Below, piece after piece: positions 27,538 to 34,438 of a stretch of 38,935 nucleotides of DNA (within the stretch, counting starts at the first letter, position 1; every line of letters begins with the position of its first letter). The notes beneath the pieces are model-generated. The model was not told the DNA's origin. It did no database searches and worked only from the letters and a program-made list of their open reading frames with translations. Origin of the DNA: a virus. Taxonomy: Duplodnaviria; Caudoviricetes. The translations under genes and the position numbers were made by a program. Where the stretch lies: the IMG/VR virus record IMGVR_UViG_3300027820_000555, positions 1 through 38,935 of that record, one strand, 5' to 3'.

Positions 27538-27809
27538 TATGCGGCTTCTTCTTCGCTGGCGCTAACTTCGCCCTCGATGGCGCGCGCATAGAGATCAAGC
27601 AGATATTCTTGCTCTTCACGGTCATTCCGGTCCAGCTTGCGCAAGCGAATGATCTGGCGCATGATTTTAGGGTCAAAGCCGGACATTTTGGCTTCTTTGA
27701 ACACATCGCTAATATCTTCCTGCAATGCCTTCTTTTCTTCTTCCAACCGTTCAATGCGCTCAATAAAGCTGCCCAGAATGTGGCCAGCGATGCCGCCTAC
27801 CGTTGCCAT
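27537..27809 (-). CDS. gapR: GapR / DUF2312 (UPF0335) nucleoid-associated protein
   Basis: FIERIERLEEEKKAL..DI.DVFKEAK..GFDPKIMRQIIRLRK. Confidence 0.92.
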   Translation of the reverse strand: MATVGGIAGHILGSFIERIERLEEEKKALQEDISDVFKEAKMSGFDPKIMRQIIRLRKLDRNDREEQEYLLDLYARAIEGEVSASEEEAA

Positions 27810-27886
27810 AGGGCTATCCTTTCCGTTTTGATTTAATGATTGTGACCTTGCGATAGGCCGGATTGTCGTGGGTGATTACCATCCCC

Positions 27887-28366
27887 TCAGCCCTCCCGCT
27901 CGAGAACGGCGACCAATTGAGCCTTGATATTGGCAACGACGCTTAGGACGTCATCACACTCTTTAAGCATATTATGGTGGCGGACTTCCTTGGCTGAGAT
28001 ATTGCCGTCTGAAAGCGAACTCAGCAGGCGATCAAGCACCTCTCCGCTTTCCTTGGCCAAGCGCCCGGTCTCTTTCATCGTGGGGGCCTGGGCGTCACCT
28101 TCGGGCAGCTTCACAAGCGTATATCCCGCAATGCTTGCCAGCTTTTCCGTGACAAGTGGGTTGCAGGCCAGACCTTCAAGCGCGGGAATATCGGAAATCC
28201 GAAAAAACTTATTTGCGTGTTGAGGGTTGGTGCTGCTGCACATGTAATTAATATTTGGCTGCGCGCACCCAAGTAGCTTTGCGGCATTTTCCTGCCCACC
28301 GCATTGTTCCACTAAATTCTGGCTTGCCAGCTTCAATTCAAATTTTGCAAAGCGTAACGACTGCAT
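27887..28366 (-). CDS. CII-like phage regulatory protein
   Basis: HTH-like N-terminus, LASIAGYTLVKLP and LAKESGEV...LSDGNISAKE pattern; position downstream of PR. Confidence 0.65.
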   Translation of the reverse strand: MQSLRFAKFELKLASQNLVEQCGGQENAAKLLGCAQPNINYMCSSTNPQHANKFFRISDIPALEGLACNPLVTEKLASIAGYTLVKLPEGDAQAPTMKETGRLAKESGEVLDRLLSSLSDGNISAKEVRHHNMLKECDDVLSVVANIKAQLVAVLEREG

Positions 28367-28693
28367 CTCGAAAACCTTATAAATTTCCCGAAGTTATAAC
28401 GTGCATCCCAGCGATGCCGCCCTTAGCTTGGGTGCTATGACCACACAGGACCTTGATGAATTGATAAATAGAACCCACCAGCATCCCCACATGTGCACAC
28501 GCACGCGTAAAGGGGTGGCCGGGGTGCCGGGGCGACATGCTTGTGTGGACGTCGCCCCGGCAAGCGCTGGATCGATCAATGGGGGAAAAGATCGTAAGCG
28601 CATCCAGCGCTGGAAAAAGAACGGCGGGGGCAATAAAAGCTTTGGGAAAACCCCCGCCTATGCGGGGATCAGGTCCATCCCGCAATTCGATAG

Positions 28694-28780
28694 TGGTGCC
28701 TGCGGCCGGGATCGAACCAGCAAGGGCCAAAGCCCGTCGGGGCTTAAACCCGATGCGTTTACCATTTTCACCACGCAGGC
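28694..28780 (-). tRNA. tRNA-Leu, anticodon TAA
   Basis: 87 nt; acceptor GCCTGCG/CGCAGGC, anticodon arm TCGGG-TTTAAGC-CCCGA, long variable arm, GGTTCGA, encoded ACCA. Confidence 0.95.
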
Positions 28781-28789
28781 GATTAAATG

Positions 28790-28876
28790 TGGTCCCCCTG
28801 GTTGGACTCGAACCAACACAGCAATAAAGCCGCCGGAACCTAAACCCGGTGCGTCTACCATTTCCGCCACAGAGGG
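28790..28876 (-). tRNA. tRNA-Leu, anticodon TAG
   Basis: 87 nt; acceptor CCCTCTG/CAGGGGG, anticodon arm CCGGG-TTTAGGT-TCCGG, long variable arm, encoded ACCA. Confidence 0.95.
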
Positions 28877-28885
28877 TAACTTGAT

Positions 28886-28960
28886 TGGTTGCAGCGGCGG
28901 GATTCGAACCCGCGACCTCTTGGTTATGAGCCAAGCGAGCTACCACTGCTCTACGCTGCT
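28886..28960 (-). tRNA. tRNA with CAT anticodon, initiator (fMet)-like
   Basis: 75 nt; A1:A72 mismatch, G2:C71, C3:G70, A11:T24, arm CTTGG-CTCATAA-CCAAG, encoded ACCA. Confidence 0.9.
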
Positions 28961-29065
28961 TCAAGAAAAAAGCGGCCACACGCTTGCCACATGGCAGATA
29001 ACCACCATGGGCCAGCGCGTGACCAAGTTTCGGGTGAAAACCCGAGGAAGATACGAAAAACCCAC

Positions 29066-29284
29066 TCATGCGAGCGCCCGCCCTAAAAACGCAACAAGGA
29101 AAAGGCAGGGCCCGCCTACGCCAAACAACAATACAAAGCATTTACGCAACGCAGCCCGAAACGCAGGGCTGTCATTCAAATCCCGCCTGACATCCTTGGC
29201 CGCCAGCCAGATCATGAAAGCGATCAAGGCAAACATCACAATGCCCCCAAGGCTGTGCAAAGATATAGGTCCACTGGCGTCCAT
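29066..29284 (-). CDS. Small membrane protein, first ORF after PR
   Basis: GGAG RBS; two hydrophobic segments; no HTH. Confidence 0.6.
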   Translation of the reverse strand: MDASGPISLHSLGGIVMFALIAFMIWLAAKDVRRDLNDSPAFRAALRKCFVLLFGVGGPCLFLVAFLGRALA

Positions 29285-29338
29285 TTGGTGTCTCCGGGCC
29301 GCCTAACCGAAAAAGCAATACGCGGAACAAGAAAGAGC

Positions 29339-29416
29339 TATCGATTGGCTACTTTGAAAAAGACTGTTGGATATGCATTATAGCGTTTCGCTAAGTCTTG
29401 CAATAGCGAATTGCTT
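29339..29416 (-). promoter_or_regulatory. PR-like promoter with repressor operators
   Basis: TAGCG-TTT-CGCTA (29381-29393), TAGCG-AAT-TGCTT (29404-29416), weaker copy at 29339-29351; TTGCAA and TATAAT on the minus strand (15-nt spacer, so the assignment is imperfect). Confidence 0.7.
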
Positions 29417-29510
29417 TCACAGTGTGTTTTTTTTTGCGATAAGGATTAAGCGCCAATCGCGATTTGAGGGGAAACCCGAGGGGAAATCATTGGCTGTGGG
29501 TCGGGATAGA

Positions 29511-29927
29511 ATGACTGATTTAAAAAAGACAATAGGTGCTAATATAAGGCGCATCCGGGAAGAGCGCGGCATGAGCCAAAGGCTGCTTTCCGAGAAAATC
29601 CATAAAGAGCAAGGTACTTTAAGCGGTTACGAAAGTGGACGGCGGGAGCCGGATGCTGCAACGATCGATAAGATTTGCAACATCCTAAACACCACGCCCA
29701 ATGAACTATACGGCCATAGCAGCTTTACCCCGGTTTCTGAGGAAGCTCTTGAGATCATTTTAAAACGCGCATTGCCGCTAATGTTGAGCCGGAGCTCTCC
29801 GCCTGAGACGATTGCAAAATCGGTAGCGCGGACATACAACACTCTTGCTGAACTGCGGGAAGACCCACGCGATCTTCTTGAAGAGCTCGATAATATTCCG
29901 TCAGCAAAATCAAATCGAGCCGGTTAA
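29511..29927 (+). CDS. Prophage repressor (CI-like XRE HTH, no S24 peptidase domain)
   Basis: IGANIRRIREERGMSQ..LS..I......LSGYESGRREP; lies between two divergent operator-bearing promoters. Confidence 0.85.
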   Translation: MTDLKKTIGANIRRIREERGMSQRLLSEKIHKEQGTLSGYESGRREPDAATIDKICNILNTTPNELYGHSSFTPVSEEALEIILKRALPLMLSRSSPPETIAKSVARTYNTLAELREDPRDLLEELDNIPSAKSNRAG

Positions 29928-30143
29928 CAGGTGCAAGCATTACCCCTCCAAATACAACTTCAAAACACCAACCAGATACTCAACGCAACACCTACAAACA
30001 ATGCGACTTAAACACTAAGGAACTGGGCGGTCTACGAATCTGAAGTTGCAACTTGTATTTGCATAATGCTTTAAAGTTGCACGGTGGGTTAAAATTTTCT
30101 TAACAAAGTAGAAATATAACCACGACTGGAACTGTAACTACAA

Positions 30144-30671
30144 TTACTTAACGCCATATTCCAATATGTTACCGTCAATATCCACCAGGGCCAGCGCAGT
30201 GAATTCCACACGTCCCGCTTGTTCTGTAAGCGCCGCAAATTCCATGCTCACAAGTACGTGATCGGTTCCGTCGGGGCGATCGACCCAAGAGGTCCCGAGA
30301 TGTTCAAAAGTTTCTGGATAAGGGATTTGCGCCTTAATAACCGAAGCAAGCTTCTTGTGGTAACCTTCAAGCCAGTGCAGCTGCGCTCTGATTAATAAAT
30401 CACGCTTCCGAGCTTCTTGTTCTTCAGGCGACAGTTCAACTTTTTCAGTTGCTGTGACGACTTCCTTCTTTTCCGGCGCGTCATCATCGTTAAAAAACCC
30501 CGCCCAAATGACATAGGTCATAATCAGAAATACAGCGCAAGCCTGAAAATATTTCTCTGTATATATCTTCTCACCAGTTTCTTCATCCACCTCGTCGCGA
30601 TTAACAATCCCCACAAGAAGCTGATAGGCAAGCCAGCCGCCTACAGCCAAGAATAACAAATCAATTATCAT
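30144..30671 (-). CDS. Membrane-anchored accessory protein (possible superinfection exclusion)
   Basis: Two TM helices plus a soluble domain with YPETFEH..T; GAGG RBS; counter-oriented in the immunity region. Confidence 0.7.
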   Translation of the reverse strand: MIIDLLFLAVGGWLAYQLLVGIVNRDEVDEETGEKIYTEKYFQACAVFLIMTYVIWAGFFNDDDAPEKKEVVTATEKVELSPEEQEARKRDLLIRAQLHWLEGYHKKLASVIKAQIPYPETFEHLGTSWVDRPDGTDHVLVSMEFAALTEQAGRVEFTALALVDIDGNILEYGVK

Positions 30672-30773
30672 ATTAACCCCTCATTTTGCATATACATGCG
30701 TGTGAGCAAATTTTTATCACAACCAGAAATGGGCGTCTACACGGGGTTTCACAGCTTTTCTTCTCACCAATTT

Positions 30774-30822
30774 AAGCGTATCGCTTTTAATAGCTTGACA
30801 TAATATAGCGCAACGCTAAGAT
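30774..30822 (+). promoter_or_regulatory. PL-like promoter with two operators
   Basis: TTGACA (30795-30800)-N16-TAAGAT; AAGCG-TAT-CGCTT (30774-30786) and TAGCG-CAA-CGCTA (30806-30818). Confidence 0.8.
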
Positions 30823-30855
30823 TTGCACATCAAACAACGACAGCGGACCTATATC

Positions 30856-31425
30856 ATGCAGCCGTTACCAATGCCGAAGAGTTGGGATCCCAACCTATCG
30901 CATAGCTGGGAAAAGTTTGACGCTTATATGCGTGAAGCAGCCGAGAAGGCCAAGGACCAGCATCAAAGCCCCCTGGGTTATTTCAAGAATGCTAAGCGCG
31001 CAATGGACGTGCAGAACACGCATTTGGCATATCGCCATTTGCAAACCGCTGTACGCCTTAGCACTGACCCGCGGTGGTTGGTGTTCCAGGACAAGGTCAA
31101 TGACGACTTCCATGGCTTCGATGAAATGACCATCCAGGAATATAAGCGCCAGCTTGATGCGGAATATCCATTGATTATTCCGGCTGATATCGCCGGGATG
31201 CATGACGTGATTGAAGCAGGCCTATCCCAATATCAAGGCGCGGGCATTATCGCCTTGGCACTTGAGGCCCAAGAGGAGCGCTTCAAAGTCTTCATCAAAG
31301 ACCAGGTTGTCGCAGAGGTTGCCAGCGTCTTTTTATCCGACTTGGAGTCCATGGTTGCTCAAATATGCAAGCAGATCGACGGCGATGCTGCAGGCCGCAA
31401 CACGGCGGAGGGACCAGCAACATGA
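30856..31425 (+). CDS. Hypothetical protein, first gene of the PL operon
   Basis: ATG at 30856 after GGA; open to 31425. Confidence 0.7.
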   Translation: MQPLPMPKSWDPNLSHSWEKFDAYMREAAEKAKDQHQSPLGYFKNAKRAMDVQNTHLAYRHLQTAVRLSTDPRWLVFQDKVNDDFHGFDEMTIQEYKRQLDAEYPLIIPADIAGMHDVIEAGLSQYQGAGIIALALEAQEERFKVFIKDQVVAEVASVFLSDLESMVAQICKQIDGDAAGRNTAEGPAT

Positions 31426-31437
31426 AGGCGATTAGAT

Positions 31438-31674
31438 TTATTGCACTTGGCGCGGCTTGGTATTGTCTACGGTTGGGTCTAGGCCGCGGGCTTTCATCAT
31501 ATGGAAAAGACCGTATCCAAGGGTTTTGGCTGCTTCCCATGTTATCAAAAGATGCATTTGTGTCATCTCAACCTGGCCTGAAAGACCAACTGGGAAGACC
31601 ACCTCTACATGCTCTTTATCGTCCCCAGATGAGACGGAAATGACTTGGTCGATAATGAATAAAGGTTCTTTCAC
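31438..31674 (-). CDS. Counter-oriented 78-aa hypothetical protein (moron)
   Basis: AGGAG 6 nt before GTG at 31674; upstream TTGCAC-N17-TAATGT; lower GC than its neighbours. Confidence 0.65.
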   Translation of the reverse strand: MKEPLFIIDQVISVSSGDDKEHVEVVFPVGLSGQVEMTQMHLLITWEAAKTLGYGLFHMMKARGLDPTVDNTKPRQVQ

Positions 31675-31764
31675 TGCTTTCTCCTGGTTGCGTTCTAATT
31701 GTATTTGCAACCCGACATTAGGTCGCAACCAGGGGAAGTGCAATGCATATAACGGAGCTACCGC

Positions 31765-32220
31765 ATGAACGCATTGAATGATTTCGCTGATATCGTGCGC
31801 CCCACCGCCCCGGTGCTGATTACTGTCAACCTGAACAAGACTGACATCCAGATCATTCACCGGGCACTGACTGACAAGATTACCGCGGCCAGCGATGAAC
31901 TTCTTTCCAAGGGCAGTGATACCCGCGAAAGCGATCAAATGCTCATCAGTCGCAAGATTAAGGCTCACCGCGCCGCCCGCATGAGGTTTCATGCCCTTGT
32001 CCCCGAACTGATGGAGGATGAGCGCCCGTTGGAAGACATCCTTCCCAGTGACAGTGATGAATCAGAAATCATCGCCTGCGCGCGCGAGGTCAAAGACTTC
32101 ATGGGGGAATGCATCGAGGGGCAGTTGCGTTTCGTTGATGGCAACAAGTTCCGCTCATGCTTCGCAGACCTGTCCGACGCCCTGTCCAGGCTACCTAAAG
32201 GGAAGAGGCGCAACAAGTGA
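31765..32220 (+). CDS. Hypothetical protein
   Basis: GGAG RBS; overlaps the downstream gene. Confidence 0.7.
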   Translation: MNALNDFADIVRPTAPVLITVNLNKTDIQIIHRALTDKITAASDELLSKGSDTRESDQMLISRKIKAHRAARMRFHALVPELMEDERPLEDILPSDSDESEIIACAREVKDFMGECIEGQLRFVDGNKFRSCFADLSDALSRLPKGKRRNK

Positions 32221-32546
32221 ACCCGCTGCACATGATACAACTGCCAGGGTTTGGCGGACGGCACCCGTGCGAGACGGAGAAGGTCGAGCTGGGTGGCATC
32301 AAATACCATTTCACTTTGGTCTATGACCGTGGACGCGTCGTGGGGGTTCATGTGGATGGCCTAAAGGCTGGCACGGACCAGCAGCGCCACATCTATGAAA
32401 CCACATGCATCATTAACGCCACATTGGCGGGCGGGACCACCGTCCAAGACCTCTATGGCGAAAGCCATGTGGACGGCGATGAACACACCATCATTTCCCA
32501 TGTGCTTGCACGTGCGTGCGAAGAAGAACAAAGGAGCGCCGCATAA
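32217..32546 (+). CDS. Small protein resembling the TSCPD (class II RNR C-terminal) domain
   Basis: YHFTL...G..V.VHVDG.KAGT......T..IIN..L..G pattern, recalled similarity only. Confidence 0.45.
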   Translation: MNPLHMIQLPGFGGRHPCETEKVELGGIKYHFTLVYDRGRVVGVHVDGLKAGTDQQRHIYETTCIINATLAGGTTVQDLYGESHVDGDEHTIISHVLARACEEEQRSAA

Positions 32547-32983
32547 TGTCAGGCAGCGTGAACAAAGTCATATTGGTGGGCCGCCTGGGCGCAGATCCTG
32601 AAGTTTCAGCCCTCCCGCACGATGGTGGACGCATGGCGCGCTTTTCCATTGCCACCAGCGAGAAGTGGAAAACCCGCAACGGTGAGAAGAAAGAGCGCAC
32701 CGAATGGCACCGCGTCGTCACCTATAACGATGGCCTGGTGCGCATTGCCGAAAACTATTTGCGCAAGGGTGCCAAGGTCTACATCGAAGGCGAACTGCGC
32801 ACCCGTAAATGGACCGACAACAGCGGGACTGAGCGCTTCACGACCGAAGTGATTATCCCAAATTTCAAGGGCGTCCTGACCATGCTGGACGGCCAGCGCA
32901 ACGGACCACCCCCAGTCAGTGGGCCAGACGATTACCAATACAACCCGCCCAGCGGCGACCTGGACGACGACGTCCCCTTTTAA
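32546..32983 (+). CDS. ssb: Single-stranded DNA-binding protein
   Basis: SVNKVILVGRLGADPE, TEWHRVV, KGAKVYIEGELRTRKW and C-terminal LDDDVPF. Confidence 0.97.
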   Translation: MSGSVNKVILVGRLGADPEVSALPHDGGRMARFSIATSEKWKTRNGEKKERTEWHRVVTYNDGLVRIAENYLRKGAKVYIEGELRTRKWTDNSGTERFTTEVIIPNFKGVLTMLDGQRNGPPPVSGPDDYQYNPPSGDLDDDVPF

Positions 32984-32995
32984 GGAACCAAGACG

Positions 32996-33652
32996 ATGAC
33001 AGCGGACCCAATAGACATTCACGTAGGAAGCCGCGTGCGCCTTCGCCGGACCCTTATGGGTATGAGCCAGGAAAAACTTGGCCACGCCCTGGGCCTGACA
33101 TTTCAGCAGGTGCAGAAATACGAAAAGGGCGCGAACCGCATTGGCGCTTCGAACCTGTTTAAGATATCGAAAGCCCTGAAGGTGCCGGTGTCTTTCTTCT
33201 TTGACGGGATTGAGAATGGTGAACACGCGGTTGAATACCTACCGGATAAAGACACCGTGGGTAGATTCCACGCGCTATTGGCACGGGTAAACACACCTGT
33301 AACAGATAACTTCTTCGAAGGCGTGCGCATAGAAGCCGCCCACCAAAAAGAGCGTTGGGGAGATACCCACGATTATAACAAGCGCGACGCCGATTGGTCT
33401 GCCCTTGTCACCTACCTGCACGGAAAGGCGGTTAAGGCTTGCTATGATGGCGATAACGACAAACTCCTGCATCATATCATCACCACATCAGCAGCCTTGA
33501 TGCACTGGCACACCTCTCTGAATTGGAAAATTGAGGCCGTCATTCCTGAACTCCTGAACATTGGCCTCAGCTACGACCAGATCAAAGGCGAATACCCCCA
33601 ATTCGCCGATCGCATAGAAGCCTTCCGCAAGCATGTGGAGGCGGTAGGATGA
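32996..33652 (+). CDS. PraR/PhrR-type XRE regulator fused to an all-alpha (MazG-like) domain
   Basis: PIDIHVGSRVRLRR..GMSQEKLG..LGLTFQQVQKYEKGANR; C-terminal EAAHQKERWG...W..LV.YL.GKA...LHHIIT.SAAL.HW. Confidence 0.8.
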   Translation: MTADPIDIHVGSRVRLRRTLMGMSQEKLGHALGLTFQQVQKYEKGANRIGASNLFKISKALKVPVSFFFDGIENGEHAVEYLPDKDTVGRFHALLARVNTPVTDNFFEGVRIEAAHQKERWGDTHDYNKRDADWSALVTYLHGKAVKACYDGDNDKLLHHIITTSAALMHWHTSLNWKIEAVIPELLNIGLSYDQIKGEYPQFADRIEAFRKHVEAVG

Positions 33653-33993
33653 GCAAAGTCACACCCGACATAGAAAGGGTAGCGCGGGCAATTCACGCTT
33701 CCACACGCTCAGAGCAATCCTTTGACCAGCTTCCATACAGGGCAAGTTACACAAACGACGATGTCAGGCAGGGCAAGGGTCAGAACAAATCCGCCACAAA
33801 AGACGATTATTACGATGCCGCCAGGGTCGCGATAAAGGCGATGGAAAATGTATCGACCCAAGCACTAACCGCGGTCCCCGGTGCATACGGCGTCGAAGCC
33901 CTTTATGGAACTGTCGAAGGCAGCGCCATGGCCTGGGACTGGCTGCAAGGCCACCGGGCAATGATTAAAGCAGCCTTGGGGGAAGACGAGTGA
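33649..33993 (+). CDS. Hypothetical protein
   Basis: ATGA coupling; IERVARAI...AMIKAALG pattern common in phage early genes. Confidence 0.7.
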   Translation: MSKVTPDIERVARAIHASTRSEQSFDQLPYRASYTNDDVRQGKGQNKSATKDDYYDAARVAIKAMENVSTQALTAVPGAYGVEALYGTVEGSAMAWDWLQGHRAMIKAALGEDE

Positions 33994-34319
33994 AAACCGA
34001 TATCGTCTTAACCCTTGGCCAGCACGAATTCACCCTGCGCCCTACATTCGAGCGCATGAATGCCATCGAAGAAGAACTCGGCTCTGCGTTTAGCATCGTG
34101 GACCGCGCAACACAGGGCCAGGTTACAGTGAATGACGTTGTGACCGTGCTGTGGCACTGCATTCAGCAATGGCACGTTCGATCGGAGGCCTTTGTGAAGT
34201 ACAAAGATGCCTTTGGAGAGCTGATTATGGAACACGGTGTTGCCACCGCCACCCCAGCCTTCCGCGCCCTGTTAACAGCGGTGTTAGCAGGCCCCAACGC
34301 AGGGGAGGCACCCCAATGA
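33990..34319 (+). CDS. GTA-gp10-like (siphoviral) tail assembly chaperone homolog
   Basis: LTLG..EFTLRPTF..MNAIEEELG......DR...G.VTV.DVV.VLW...G......LL..VL pattern. Confidence 0.6.
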   Translation: MKTDIVLTLGQHEFTLRPTFERMNAIEEELGSAFSIVDRATQGQVTVNDVVTVLWHCIQQWHVRSEAFVKYKDAFGELIMEHGVATATPAFRALLTAVLAGPNAGEAPQ

Positions 34320-34435
34320 TGTGCAACATTGAAAACCACCTCTTCGCATATATCACCTGCTTCATTGTCGGCATGTTGGTGGCCTTCGCCATGGCTGAAT
34401 ATGGCGTCTATCGCCGCTTTAAAGATAAGGAATAA
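34316..34435 (+). CDS. 39-aa single-TM peptide
   Basis: GGAGG RBS; ATGA overlap; hydrophobic core. Confidence 0.6.
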   Translation: MMCNIENHLFAYITCFIVGMLVAFAMAEYGVYRRFKDKE

Positions 34436-34438
34436 CCG

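Noticed and set aside
28694-28876. tRNAs with TAA and TAG as stop-codon suppressors
   Set aside because: These are anticodons and read UUA and CUA (Leu); suppressors would need TTA or CTA anticodons
28401-29306. 301-aa plus-strand ORF
   Set aside because: Antisense to the tRNAs, with no RBS, coupling or protein-like features; treated as a shadow frame
29325-29338. LexA box near PR (GAAC...GAGC)
   Set aside because: The spacer is 6 nt, not 7, and one half-site is mismatched
29367-29510. N-terminal extension of the repressor ORF
   Set aside because: It runs over operators and promoter; the HTH starts at ATG 29511
31675-31992. Long 184-aa version of the minus-strand moron ORF
   Set aside because: The upstream part is antisense to a good plus-strand gene; RBS and promoter support the start at 31674
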